A stretch of 64,000 nucleotides of DNA from Gekko japonicus (lineage: Eukaryota), in the NCBI RefSeq assembly GCF_001447785.1, contig NW_015170887.1, positions 3,395,461 to 3,459,460 on the forward strand, written 5' to 3'. Below the pieces are notes generated by a model that saw nothing but the letters and a program-made list of their open reading frames with translations, was not told the origin of the DNA and did not search any database. Shown here one piece after another: positions 23,502-37,284 of the stretch. Both the position numbers and the translations under genes were made by a program. Numbering within the stretch: position 1 is the first letter of the stretch; the number at the start of each line of letters is the position of its first letter.

Positions 23502-25419
23502 TGCCCCCCCCACTCCTAAGGAGTGGGTACCCATTTGTCTAATTGTCACTTTAAGGGCTTTCGAGCCGCTGGGTGGGCGGGAGCTAGGATGAGGGCCGGG
23601 AGCTCACCCCGGCCACGGTGGGACTCGAACAGCTGTTAACAGCTGTTCAGAGATAGATAACTTGCAGGCATTTACATGTGGCTACTTTTGAACTTCCCTC
23701 CATTGTTTTAATATTTTTATTCAGTGATCTGACTAGCAATAGTCTCATATCACTAGACTCATGCCACTTGTCAAAAAAAAATTAAATTTAAAAACAAGGG
23801 GGAAATGGACCTTGTACACTGATGAGGGGGGGATGGTAGAAGGTCCAGAATGGGCAGAATGACCTTAATTTGGGCAGGGAGTGACCTTCAAGAAACAACA
23901 TAAGGGTGGGGGGAAATCCGAGGAAATCTGTAGGCTTTTGAATTACCTTTAGTTTAGAAGCAAAACAAGGAGAAAATTGGCACAAAAGCACTTTCAGAAA
24001 ATGTGGGGAAACAGCAACCAGAAAGCAAATTGAATACTGAAGGGAGGAAAATCAATGCAGAATTATGAAGAAAACCTGACAGACATGCACAGTGAAAGCG
24101 AGGAAAAATACCCATGCATAATAGGCCTAGGTTGGGCTGACTTCCATGTCAAAAGCTGTGACCTTTTAAAGGTAGATTTGCCGCTAGCATTTCTTTTTAG
24201 AAAGTAATCACTGGCAAACTAAGATTTTTAAAATAATATCTCAAGAAATCTGGCTGATTGAGAGTACAGATCCACAGCTCTATCACCTTCACTTGCTTTG
24301 GCACTTATTTGGGATAGCACCCTTTTTAGTCATTAAAAGGCCATGATTCTTTGGGTATCATACAAACCAGGACCATTAGCAGCATCAGCATCGTTTTTTC
24401 ACCTGGCATCAACTTTCTCCATAAGCCACTTCCAGGAATTGTTTCCAGGGTCATTACCCATTCTTATACTTCTAAACAAAGTCCCTGCAAAATGTAACTG
24501 ATGGACAAATTCTGAAGGAATATACAGCCCAGATGATCCTCCCTCCTTTATTCTCTGTATCCTGGAAGGGTCTCCATAGTTGTGTAGATGTTGTTTTCTT
24601 TTGTTGTGCATGGGGGGGGGTGTGGTATTCCTTGGTAGTTAGGTGCTTGTCTGCACAGCTGCTGAAGTACTTGTGAAAGACGACTGGGCCTTTGTTCCTG
24701 CCCAGACTGAATAAAAACTCAATCTGTGTTTGGCAGGGACAGAAAACCAAAAAGACTTCCGTTTCTTGTCTTCCGTCACTGTATTCCTTTTCCTTGTAAT
24801 TGGTATACCATTTTTTAAAATGGCTAAGGACTCTTGGAAATGTTTCTGCAAGCCGTGCACACTGCCTTCATTCAAGATCCTCCAAAGAAGGAATTTTTTA
24901 AAAGACAAAATGTCAGTGAGAAACGTGCTCAACAGATTACCTTGCTTGCAAATACCACTTCCTTCCTAGGAAGCCGGATAGGAAAGGGCCTCAGAATGGG
25001 AGCCATTGGTTTCTCTGTCCTAGCCTAATTAGTAGGGTTTCCACTCTGGGTTGGGAAATATCTGAAGATTTGGGGGGTGGAGCCTCAGGAAGGTGGGGTT
25101 TGGGGAGGGGGGAGCCCACTAGTATATAATGCCATAGAGTCCATCCTCCAAAGCAGCTATTTACTTCACAGGAACTGACCTCTTGTCACCTGAGGGTCAG
25201 TTGTAATAGCTCAGTTGTAACAGCATGAGATCCCCTGGCAGCACCAGGAAGTTGGCAGCCCTACTGATTGGAGTGATAAGCCAGCAGTCAGGCTTGGAAT
25301 GCTTTCTGAGCTAAAAGCAATTTTCAAGTGGCGTTTCCCCTCCCCATGCATTACTTGCCCTGTCTTGAGCCTGATTTTGCAAGTATATTAGATTCAAAAC
25401 TGCTGGGTGGGTAGGAGTC

Positions 25420-26221
25420 TAGAGATGTAAAATTTCCAGAAATTTTGAAGCCATTTTTTCGGGTTGGGGGGGGGACGAAATTTTTGGGAAAATTGAAAAA
25501 AAAATGCTACATTATCACTTCTTTTTTCTTTTCCAGATTGAAAGTCATTCTGTTACTTTAGGAACATAAAATATGACTATGGACAATTTTACTTGTAATG
25601 AAATTATCAGAAATAGCATATTAAAATATAGTGTATTCAAACAATTATTACAAACAGAATTTACTTTTTAATCATATTTATTTGTAATTGTAACAAATGG
25701 AGCAACAATCTACTGAACTGTTTACTAGTTTATGTGAAACAGACAAAAAAAAAACCCCACAAAACAATTTTTAAAAATCCAGAAGTAATTATTCATATCT
25801 CCTCTCCACAGTATTAAATAAAAAAAAACATTCTCATTAAAATAATTGAAGAGGGGGGAAGTGTATAGAAGGGAGTGTGGGACTAAGTTTCAATGAATGG
25901 GCACCTCCTAAAGGAAGAAATGCATCTTGTTCTTGCATTGGAGAGTTCAGTTTGTAACCTAGATCTTGCTTGTCCTCAATGCACAGAAATTAGATTAATC
26001 TGATACCATACATATTTTTTAGAAATGATTTGGAAAATATTTGAACACCTTGTCTTAAAATATTTTATTCATCATATTAAAATAAAGCATTCCATAATAA
26101 ATTTCTTTTCTTTTCTTTTTTCAACTGTGTTTTATTTGTTCCAAAAACTCCCAGAAAAACCGGGGGGGGGGGGAGGTTTTCCCCGCATTTTTCCAGTTTT
26201 TTCCGGGCCTTCACATCTCTA
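25420..26221. mobile_element. Non-autonomous DNA transposon (hAT-like TIRs), AT-rich body
   Basis: Termini tagagatgtaa / ttcacatctcta; no TSD visible. Confidence 0.6.
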
Positions 26222-26469
26222 GATAGGGCGGAACTTTTGCCTGTGAGTGCACGAGAGGTTGTGAGCAAAGCAGTCCACTTGAGAGTCAGATCTGGTACTA
26301 AGAATCACTGTGTCATCCTAAACAGAGTTACAGCCTTCTAAAACCACTGACCTGAGTCAGGATAGTAAGTCATGAAACAAGAAACAGGAGGAAGTGGCAA
26401 GTGATTTGCTACAACAAATTCCAGAGTCAAACTGAGCCCTTGTATTGCTTGGCCTTGACTCTCTAATGA

Positions 26470-27130
26470 GTTTGTTTGTTTGTTTGTTTGTTTGTTTGTT
26501 TGTTTGTTTATTGCTCACATTTAACACAGAGGCTAAAGGGAGATTACAAAACATGAAATATAAAAAGATACAAAAACAAAACACAAAGCAGTCAAGTATC
26601 ATAAGACATCCAATTAAAAATGCAATAGGACTGGGATTACAAAATTTTAAAACTGAATTAAAAACAGCATAAAATATAATATACTGAAAACAATGTAGGA
26701 GAGTGGACGAGAAAAAGTAGGCGGCAATGTAAGAGTACGGTAATACATACAATAAAGACTGTAACAGACTACAGACCTATTCCCTTTATAATTGTTCTAC
26801 TGTAGATTTCTGTTTTGCTGAATCTGCGGAATGACAAAAGTGGGAGCCTTCCTGACCTCCTTAGGCAGGCCATTCCACAAGGTGAGAGCCATCCCAGAGA
26901 ATACATGTGTACAGGCAGCTATCAATCTTTTGCATTTGCAGAGTGGCACTTTCAGAAGATTTTGCTCAGATCAGTGAAGATGTCATGGCAGAGCATAGCT
27001 GGATAGGCAGTCCCACAAATCCAAGCCATGAAGGGCTTTGTTAGGTGATAACCAGGACAGTGAATTGAACTTGGTAACTGCTTGTAAGCAATGGACTGGG
27101 TACAGGGTTGCAATAATATGGAATACAGAT
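26470..27130 (-). mobile_element. L2-like LINE 3' fragment with (TTTG)n tail
   Basis: (tttg)n at 26470-26508 followed by L2-type antisense sequence (aggcaggccattccacaagg, gaagggctttg..ataaccaggacagtgaattgaac). Confidence 0.6.
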
Positions 27131-29763
27131 CTTTAAAGGGATAGCCTCTTTGCCTGCAATCTTGTAATCTGATGCTATTGTGTTAATTATTGTGTATTAT
27201 TGTCTCTGGTGAGCAAGGGCAGGATAATATTAGGCTCCTGACTTCTCAGGGGCCAGGTCCTAGCTCAAGTGATACGATCTTGGGCAAATGTGACTTGCAG
27301 TGACTTGGCCTTGGGATTATTTTAGTTACTGCATCTTGGTTTGCTAATTCTGTTGGAGTGTATGACTGGCACTTCGACAGTCCTATTACTGGGTACTTTT
27401 TGGTATTTTTTAATCTGAGTCAGTATCCCAGATTCTTGAGAACAGGAGGTCCTGACCTGCACCCCAAAACAGTCCACTACATTACATGATTGTTTAAGGC
27501 AAATGTAGGTCAGTTTACCACTTGCTTGGTCACATGGTATCTTTCTCAATCAGTTGCCCACAATTGCATAATAGTGAATATGATTAATTAATGTATTAAT
27601 TAAAGGCTAGAAAGTAGACATAGGATTCTTAAGGTGACTTTGAACCCAAGAATATATGGTCTATATGTACCCTGGATAGTTTGCTAAACTATAGTTTGCT
27701 AAATCCATTCTTACTCTAAGCATTTACCCACCCACTCTCCCTTAGCCTTGGCGCCAACCCTTCTTCATTATCTCTTTTGCTGGGGTGTTGTTTGTGAAGG
27801 GCAATGCATTCACTATTGCTTATGTGATGGAAAACAGAGGGCTTCAGCTTTCTTTTTATTATCTGTCAAGTACCTTTATTGCAGCATTTTCCTAAAAGCC
27901 CTTTAATGACAACACACATCTGACCATTATGTATGCAATAAACTTTGGTACTATAAAATTACTGAGTAATAAGAAGTGCTACAAAATTATTTACTATGTT
28001 GAGTGAGTTGTACGACTTGTACTTTGTCTTTTGTTTAGCTGGAATGATGGATAGTTTGGGGGCTGGTGTCATTTATAAATTAAGGGCTGAGTTGAGATAA
28101 TTTTCCAGATGTCTGAGGGATTCTTTAAAGAGTCCAACCAAGTATCTTTAGGATTTGACCTGAAAATCATCTGTCGAGAGAGTCTTAATTTTTTCAGTTC
28201 ATAGGATTTGATCTATCAGGAGGCAGAACATCCCTGCAAGTGTCATTGCTATTGCCTTTGGGTGCAGCCTGTTGAATTTAGATCTCAGGGAAAATATATT
28301 ACAAATGGAAGTGGTATATGAGTGAGTGAAAGAGAGGACTGGAGTCAGAAGAACCTTGTTAAATTGGGTATGTTTTAGTTCCTGGCACTGGAGGACCATG
28401 CAAGTGTACCCAGACTTCTATGTACCTCTTCAGATGCCTAGATGTAGCATTTTGCACATTAGCTCTTTTAGTCTAGACTGGTTTGCTCATCCATAATTAT
28501 TAAGTTCCTGTGCTTTAAATTGTGACCCCTGCAGAGTTATTCAATTAATACTTATGTGATTTCTAACTCATGAAAAATGCATAGACACATTTATGGAGGA
28601 TAGGGATACCTGTGTTTATCAAATCAGAGAATCATGACATTATTCTACACACTTTACATTGTAACAGATCCTGTTGCTAAACTGTATGTGGGAATATTTA
28701 ATAGGCTGGACGTGTCCATTGGAAACAGAATCAAGAATGGGTAGGTGGCCCTTGGGTTTATATGTAGAACTGGAGGTGAGAAATAGTCAATTTTAGGTAA
28801 CTGAACTAGAGGTGCTGATTTTCAAAATATGGTTCAGTGAATCTGGGAATTCTTTGTAAGTTATCAGAGGTTCCTTGTACTCACCACCACTTATCTTTTT
28901 GCTTCTTTTTGTTCCTGTGAATTTTAAGATTTGTCATGCAGGGTTTTCCTAATTTAGTCCATGCCTGTATGCTTCTTTTTAAATCATATCTCTTCCTTCT
29001 CCAAATCTGACAGTGTGTCTTCATTATGGCCTGTGTGCCTGCCACATGGGTCAGCTCTTGTGTTATAATTTTTTTTTCCTGCTGCATCTCACTAAACTAT
29101 TCATTCCAGGGTAATTTGGGCATGGTTTGACATTTGAAGAAGAATTAAAGTAAGTGAAGCTGGTAGAATGGTCAAAACTGCACTGAGGTCAATTCAGGAC
29201 TGCCTGTGTCCAGCCAAAAGGCTCTCTAATACATGTTGTCTTGTGTTAAGCTTAACGCTTTTAGTCTGTAATCCTGTTGTTAAACATCCCTGTGACAGAT
29301 TGTGTAGAGCTAATTGCATAGCAGAGTGGATTATGTCATTTGGAGAAGATAATTTTGTGGTCTTCGGGAGGCTGGGCTTGCATGACAAGGCAGCTCATTG
29401 ATCTGACAATCCCCGACAGTGTTTGCCACTTGACAGCCAGAAATGTGAGGTCACTTGAAATGTGAAATGGAAGTCTGACACAACTGCATATTTTATGCAG
29501 CTTTCCTCGTTTCTTGAGGCAAGATCCCACCATTCTGTGCCTTAGTGTTAAGTCTTGATCATGTATGCAGTGGGTCTCCTATTCTACACAGCAGGGGGGT
29601 TGGTATATAGGGAGTGGCAATTTTTAGTGTGGGTGGAAGTAGGAATCTTTCTCTTGCAAAATAAAATAATGCATTTCATGTTTCCTGCACCATTATGTTT
29701 GTTTCTAGAACTGGATATTGGCTTTGCATTCCAGGAACAGTCAAGCTAATTTCAAACAGGATC

Positions 29764-29838
29764 TCCTTCCTTCGTTCCTTCCTTCCTTCCTTCCTTCCTT
29801 CCTTCCTTCCTTCCTTCCTTCCTTCCTTCCTTCCTTCC
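29764..29838. repeat. (CCTT)n microsatellite
   Basis: Direct tandem repeat. Confidence 0.95.
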
Positions 29839-30689
29839 TGTAGGAGAGGGAAGACATGGGTGACAGATTCCAGAGTGAGATAACGTGTTCAGTTATTAGT
29901 GGTTTTTAACAGACGACAGGTCAGGATTTGCTTTTGGATACTTACTAATAAATCCCACACGAAAAATGTGGTATTCATTAAAGACGTTAAAACTTAACTG
30001 TACTGAAAAATTAAGAAGGATACTATGTCCATGGGGAAATCTTCTGATCTAGCTGTTGTTCTGGAGCCTAGCTATCAAGAGAGTCAGGGAGGGACAGTGA
30101 GGAGAGAATGACTCAGCAAATTTGTATGTGACAGGGGTGTTTGCCAGTCAGCAGAGTTGTATTAAGACCTTGCAACCAATGAGAATTGCACTGCTGGTCT
30201 TATCTTTTACACCAATGGTATTGCTAGGTCACTAGTTCAAAAGAGTTCTGATTTGGTTCTGTATAAACTCGGTAATTCGATGTTCCATCTGCTAGGCACA
30301 CGGGCAACTTTTATTTTCTTGCACATGCTGGGAATACTGCAGACGGGGGTGGGGTGGGGATAAAGCTAGGTGAATTCTCTCAGAATTACAACTTGTTTTC
30401 AGACTAGAGAGATGAGTTTTCCTGGAGCAAACAAGAAATTTGGAAGGTGAACTTTGCGGCAAGACATCACTGCTGAGCCACCTCCCCTCCCTAAACTCTG
30501 CCTTCCTCAGGATCCATCCCCAAATCTTCAGGATTTTCACAACCTACAATTGGTGATACGGCATTATGGCCCTGATGTGTGGGATCCCCGACTCCAGAAT
30601 TTGTTTTTAGATCCTAATCATAAATCTTTGAATATCTTGTCTACTTGGAAACTAAAGTAGATGTATTGGAGGAAGGGTCCATGTGGAAT

Positions 30690-30699
<10 letters not shown>

Positions 30700-30722
<23 letters not shown>

Positions 30723-31283
30723 TTGGATTTATACCCCGCCCTTCACTACCCAAAGGTGTCTCAGAGTGGCCGACAAACTCCTTTCCCTTCCCCTCCCCAC
30801 AACAGACACCCTGAGGTAGGTGGGGCTGAGAAAGCTCTGGCAGAAACTGCTCTTCTTTCAAGACAAGCTCTTATCAGAACTACGTTTTGTCCAAGGTCAT
30901 CCAGCCAGGTGCAAGTGAGCCAGTTTGGTGTACTGGTTAAGTGCGCGGATTCTAATCTGGGAGAACTGGGTTTGATTCCCCACTCCTCCACTTGCACCTG
31001 GCTGAATGACCTAGGGCAAGCCATAATTCTGATAAGACCTGTCCTTGAAAAAGAGCAGTTTCTGTCAGAGTTCTCTCAGCCCCACCTACCTCAAAGGGTG
31101 TCTGTTGTGGGGAGGGGAAGGGAAAGGAGTTTGCAAGCCACTCTGAGACACCTTTGGGTAGTGAAGGGCGGGATATAAATCCAATCTCTTCTTCTTCTTC
31201 TTCAAGTGGAGGAGTGGGGAATCAAACCCGGTTCTCGCAGATTAGAGTCCGCACACTTAACCACTACATCAAACTGGCTCTCT
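30700..31283. mobile_element. Two nested tRNA-derived SINEs (Squam3-like) in opposite orientation
   Basis: A minus copy (30700-30917 plus 31203-31283) is split by a plus copy (about 30918-31202); caagtg flanks the insertion. A third minus copy lies at about 32080-32365. Confidence 0.8.
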
Positions 31284-31310
31284 ACACCAAACTGGCTCTC
31301 TGGGAGTGAG

Positions 31311-31934
31311 TAGGGTTGCCAGCCCCCAGGTCCAGGTGGGGTTCCACAACTTTCTGGGGCTCCAATCTGCCCCTGGCCAGCTGGCCAGTGGGGGAAGCCC
31401 TGCCCCAAGTCTCACCCCCAAAATCGACCACCCACCGGGCCACTCCTCTCTCTCCCCTTCTGCCAGATTTAAAAGGCTTCAGCTGAATGGCAGGGACCAC
31501 ATGGCCTGCTGATCAGCTGGAGGTCCCTTTAAATTTATCAGGAGGGAGGGAGAGGGGCAGTCATGGGCCACACAGTGGGCTCATGAAAAGACCCTTTGAA
31601 GGATCTTTTTGTGAGCGGTGTGGGGGCCACCATGTGTGGGGCTGATTTCCCCCAGCCCCAAATGCTGCAGCCCCCACCCTGCTTGCAAGCTGTGCTTATG
31701 ACCACGAGTGCCCCTCTCCCTCCCTCCTGATAGATTTAAAGGGACCTCCACCCGATTGGCAGGCCATGTGGTCCCCGCTGTTCAGCTAGAGCCCATGAAA
31801 TCTGGCAGGAGGGGAGTGAGAGGGGTGGCAAGGCAGGTGGTCGCTCTTGGGGGTGGGTCTCGGGGCATTCCCGCCCACCCACAAAACACCCCCAACACCC
31901 CCCGCTGGAGTGTTGAGGGGACCTGGCAACCCTA
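31311..31934. mobile_element. TAGGGTTGCC-family hAT MITE, long internally palindromic form
   Basis: Ends tagggttgcca / tggcaacccta; degenerate TSD ggagtgag / ggtgtgaa; internal arms tttaaatttatcaggagggaggg vs ccctccctcctgatagatttaaa. Confidence 0.8.
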
Positions 31935-33739
31935 GGTGTGAAGTCAAATCTTCAGTCCTCCCTTCTTTGCAATCTCTACATCCTGGTATTTGCAACATTT
32001 TTCTGGATTAGAAGAAAAATGCTTCAAATAGCAGAGTGTTTTGAGGTAAGGCAAGGGAGTATGCAAGGTTTACCATGAGGAGGAGGAGAAGAAGAGGAGG
32101 AGGAGGAGGAGATTGGATTTATACCCCGCCCTTCACTTGGAGTCTCAGAGTGGTTTACAAACTCCTTTCCCTTCCCTTCCCCACAACAGACACCCTGTGA
32201 GGTAGGTGGGGCTGAGAGAGCTCTTTCGAGGACTGCCCCTTCAGGGATAGCTCTTGTCAGAACTATGGCTTGCCCAAGGTCATCCAGCAGGAGCAAGTGG
32301 GTGCAAGGAGGTGCAAGTGTGGCTCCCAGGTTTGAGTCCGCACAGTTAACCACTACACCAAAGTGGCGAGGGCAGCCACTGTCAATTTAATAGTATTCCA
32401 TTTAAATAGTGCTCTTGGGCAGGCAAAGGCTATTTAAAGAGACAGTGGCTGCCCTCAACTCCCTTTCAAGCCATGCAACGAGGCACCCTTCCTCCCAATA
32501 TTTCTGAGTCAGCAGCACCATCTGATCAGAGTAGGGAGCTGAGTAAGAATCCCTCCCTGGCTCAATTGGCCACAAGCAGAAGCGAGATGGGATGTGGCAC
32601 AGTTCCCTTAAGCACTAGCAAGGAGGAGCATGAGCCATCTGACCCAGGGTGGTCTTGCCTTCAAATCAAGGATGCACATAGAGGGGACCTGACTCTTCTG
32701 CACCCCAGCAATTGCCCACATTGCAAGTAGATATGCTGTGTGTTTTTCTGTTGGAATGCTGCAGGTTCCTGTGCCTGATGTAAAAATCAAATAAACTTGG
32801 TCCTTTAATTATTCCATCCAATGGTGTTGGCTCATTCCATATCTGTCTATAATGGGTTATTATGGTGGGGTTCTACAGTTCCTTTGTCTATCTTGGAAAT
32901 AGCTGTGTATGTAAACGATACCAGATTTATGTTTTAAAATGCAGAGGAGAGTTGCCCCTTAAACAACATGTCTTGGCAAGTGACCATGAATGCTTGACAG
33001 CTCCTTCACATTTCCCAGGGTACTATAAATAAGCCAGGTAATTAATCCACATTTAGGGAGGATGAATGGGCAATAGAAATGTCATTTAAAAGCCTGACCA
33101 TCCGTCTTTATAGTTTCGGTAATGCAACAGTTGACATAATTATTTTTGGTCCTGTATTCTTGATTTCATATACTGTAGGCCCAGGAGAGGAGCTTTGACA
33201 GTGCAAATAAAGTTGGGATCAGAGCCATTAGTGAGGACACTCTTGTGCTGCTGCCCTGAAAAGCAAACTCCATTGAACCGAGTCAGCAGGCCAGACATCC
33301 ATGGCTCGATGATTCCTTTGCATTCCTGAACAATACTCACTGTCTGTCATCCATTTTTACTTGGGATAGTGATTGCTTAGCAGAGACTAGAGTACAATAT
33401 TGCTTGTTCGTGGCCTGATTAAGAAACACAGAGCTAATATGCCACTGTAGTTGACTGATAATTCAAATTCTTAAGGATTTCCTCCAAAGGCACTCCGCTT
33501 GTTTGCAAGATGAAAGATCAGTCTTTCAATTTCAGGCTCATTAATCATCAACAGTGGAGTGGGACAGTGAAGTTGGGCCAACCACTAGAGAGGATAGGGG
33601 TTTCTGCATAGTTGGAGCTTCCCAGGTATACAGAAAATATATTAATTTATATGTATTTTTTAAAAAATTACCCTTCCATCTTATACACCTTACCAAGCAC
33701 TGAGCATGCTCATTGCCTTTCTGGAGTCCTGGAATATTG

Positions 33740-33913
33740 AGGGGGGGAGATGAAACTGACCTGTCTGAATCCCATTCTAGCTGTATCTGAGGAAGTAAGC
33801 AGTGACTCATGAAATCCCATATTCTGCCACATATTTTGTTAGTCTTTAAGGTGCTACTGGACTATTGCTGTTTTCTACTGCTACAGACAGACTAGCATGG
33901 CTACCCATCTTGA
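33740..33913 (+). mobile_element. Penelope-like pseudo-LTR with degenerate hammerhead
   Basis: gtat-ctgagga-agtaagcagtgactcat-gaaa followed by the PLE tail ttgttagtctttaaggtgctactggact...ggctacccatct. Confidence 0.75.
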
Positions 33914-36900
33914 ATCCTTATAGTATCTGAAGCAGAACGTTAGCGTCACATGGCATGCATCCCTTAATGTGAATCCACTCAACACATACACACTATAAGC
34001 CACAAGCAGGAAGCCACTGGCATCTTAAAGTATCAAGTAATAGATGAGCAGATCAGGTCAGGATTGGTGCCTGAAAACTGCCATCCCTAACCCCAATTTC
34101 TTCCACTGCAGACTCTCCTCTATGGAGTAAGGAGGGAGAGGTAAATAATCCCCTCCTACATTGTACCCCCCAGGTTCAAGGTTAGAAGTGCAGCTTCCTG
34201 CTCATCCCAAACATCTGAATATCAGTGCAACTGCACTTTCGTACTAGACTGCTATGGTTTGGGATAGGGGTGTGCATTCGGTAAAGCTGAACCAACAAAA
34301 CCCTGAAAAATTCCTTTTTGGCATTATTCATGTATTCAGCAAGCCGAATCAGAATCTCTGATCTGATTTGGCTAACAAATACAGAATGCTGAATAAAAGC
34401 CAAAACTATCTTGCTTTTATTCGGCATTGCCAAATACAGGCTTGGGGGGGGGTTAAACATTAATGGGCTGCACTTACCTTCTCTTTCCCACCGTTTCTGT
34501 CTCCCTCCCTTTGCTCTGCTTTCCAGAAGTGAGGGGAAAGAGGGACCTTACATAGAGTCAGTCACTGCAATGAATTTGCAAATGACATTGCAGCTTGCAA
34601 GGCTGTTGTTGCTGCTGGCTTCAAACTCGAAGCCCAGTTGTTTACCTCCCCATTTTGGCTTCCCTCATGGGTTCCCCAAATCCTCATATAATTAATTTGG
34701 AAATTGTGAGAATTATATTGGGGGGGGGGGAGTAAATTAGTAAAACTTATGGGTTAAAGCAATATTTAAGCATTCTGTGCTTAGAGATTTGTGCCCTCAA
34801 AGGTGGCAGCAGGAGGTCTCCCACTACTCTGGGTAAGCTGGCATTACTGGTGTTATGGCTGAGTGAGGACTTGAACCTAGGTCTCCCAGGTCCTAGTCCA
34901 ACTACAGCCCCCATGCTGATGGTTTTATGTAGGTTTCTGCCAAATAGGCAAATCACAGTTCAAGGGTCTGCTTGAATTCAGAGAAATGGTGAAGCAGAAA
35001 GGGTTGACACTCCCTGCATCATGATCCTGATCTGAATTCCTCCCCCAGCCCATGGCTGATGTTTACCAATAAAAAAAATTGGGCGACTCAGACATCTCAG
35101 CATCTTGTTAAGCATGGTCCTAAAAGAGTAGCATTTTGTGCCGAAGGATGTGTGTGCATGAAAGAACAAGTGAGTACATATTTAAAGCATCTGTCAGGCC
35201 TGTCTTCTCAGAAGTGAAAATAGTCTAAAATAACCAACATAAGCAGGTTTGCTTGCATGTGTGAAACCTTATGTGGAAGTCAATCAGAAAGCCATTTCAC
35301 TCATAATTTCATTTTTTAGGTGGACACTCATAAGATATAGAACAAAGTTCGAGTTCAGTGGTACCTTTAAGACAAACTCCTAAGATATGTTAGGGTTGCA
35401 CCAAAGAATGGAAGGTTGAAGATGACCAATATATATTTTTGTAAACGTGCACAGGGAGCCGTTGACTGGCTGCAGAAATATGGCTGGGGTAAACCCATAT
35501 TTGCTGTGAAATATGTGAAGTAACCTTCTCTGTTCTGGCCCTGAGGTGATGTGCTGGTGCTCAGCTCCACAGTCTTCTCTAGGTTAGGTGTGTCAGGAGT
35601 CTCGTTTCAGAACAGGCTCTGCCCCATCTTGGTTCTTGATTGCCCACTCTTTTGCTGCCTTTAGTTTCTGCCGAGGCAAGCAGCTGCCACTGGCATTGAT
35701 GAAGTGAAATGCCTTGATAGGAAAGTGGCCGGGAAGAAGCAGATTCATTTGTCATGAGAAATTATTTCCAATATTTGAATTACCATATTGGCCTTGGAGA
35801 TGTTATCTGTGAAATGAGTTCACTCTGTGCTTTGCCCCGATCCAGTCCCATTCAATTGAGAAGCAGGCAGCAGTCCAACACTATGCCACATCTCCTCCAT
35901 CTTGTGAAAAGAAGGATGACTTTGCATTAATGACTCACCCTTAATTTACTCTTCTTCTTCCATATGAAGATATGGGCAGATTGATTGATGGGGCAATCAA
36001 TTGATGAGGCAGAGCTGTCGTCCTATATAGAAAGTGGATGCAAAAGCACAGTTGCCACCATTGTTTGGAAAGGTCACACCTTGAAGAATGCATTTAATTC
36101 AGACTTGCTTAGTTGCCCCCCCCCCCACGGCCAATATGTCAATAACTGACAAAGATTTCACCAATGTGTGTGTTAAGCTAGAATGCACAGATGACCCATG
36201 GTTGAATGCAGGATATGGACAGCTAGTTTGATTTGCTAGGCTTTTGATTTCAGGAGGAACAAGATGAGTATTCCCAAGAAGGCACCAGCAGTAGATAGTA
36301 GGGGCTCGAACACTTCTTAGACCTCTTCCTGCAATGTGTTTCCATTGGACCAAGGTTCTGGGATGCTTTATTTGCTAGGGAAATCAATGGGTACAGATCA
36401 CTATTCACTGCACGCTTGTGTAGAAAACACACTTGTGCTTTTTATGACAGCATGTACTTTGTATGCTAGACGTGAGGGGAATAACAGCCATTTGTGCTTC
36501 CCAACCGTCATCAGAATAAAAGGCAAGCATGGTTGTTATTCAGAGATATGTGTGCCCCTATGGAATAAAAAAGAGGGCATATATTGTGTGTGTGCATGCA
36601 TGCACACTGGTGTAATGTGCACTGATGTAAGGGGCAGCGTAGGGATCTGAAGTGACATCTTCAAGGGCTGAATCATACCTGTTTCAAGAAACTGAAAATG
36701 TGAGAAGAACTGCAGAAAACAGCAGAAGGATATATATTTTCTCTCTGTGTTGCTAAATGTCCCCTTCATTTATGTTTTTTAAATAATCCACTGATTGGTG
36801 TGAGAAGGTTAGGAATGAGTGCATTTCCTCCATTCTGTTCCTTTATTGTTCAGCAACTCACTCTGTGCTGCATTCTACTCTTCTTTAATTCTGGTGGAAG

Positions 36901-37284
36901 TATGAGAATTCCTAAAATTAATGCCAGAACTGGAACAAAAGCAGTTTGCTGTAGCTTTCCGTTCTGTCAGTACACTTGCTTCTCCCACCCCCCACACGTT
37001 ACCAATGAGTGTATGTACTTTGATAAAATATTACCCCTAAATTCTTTTTATGAGAACTTGTATGTATGTACTACAGTCAGATGAGAACTCTGCACCAAGA
37101 GCCAAGTTACTTGCTCAGATCAAGTAGCTTGCCAGCTCCAAGTTGGAGAATTACTTGAGTTTTAAAGGTGGATCCTGGGGAGGGTGGAGTTTGGGAAAAC
37201 AAACTCAGGGGGGATGTGATGTCATAGCTACTGTTTCCTCCAGAGGACCTGATCTCTTTGGTCTGGACATCAGCTGTAATTCAT

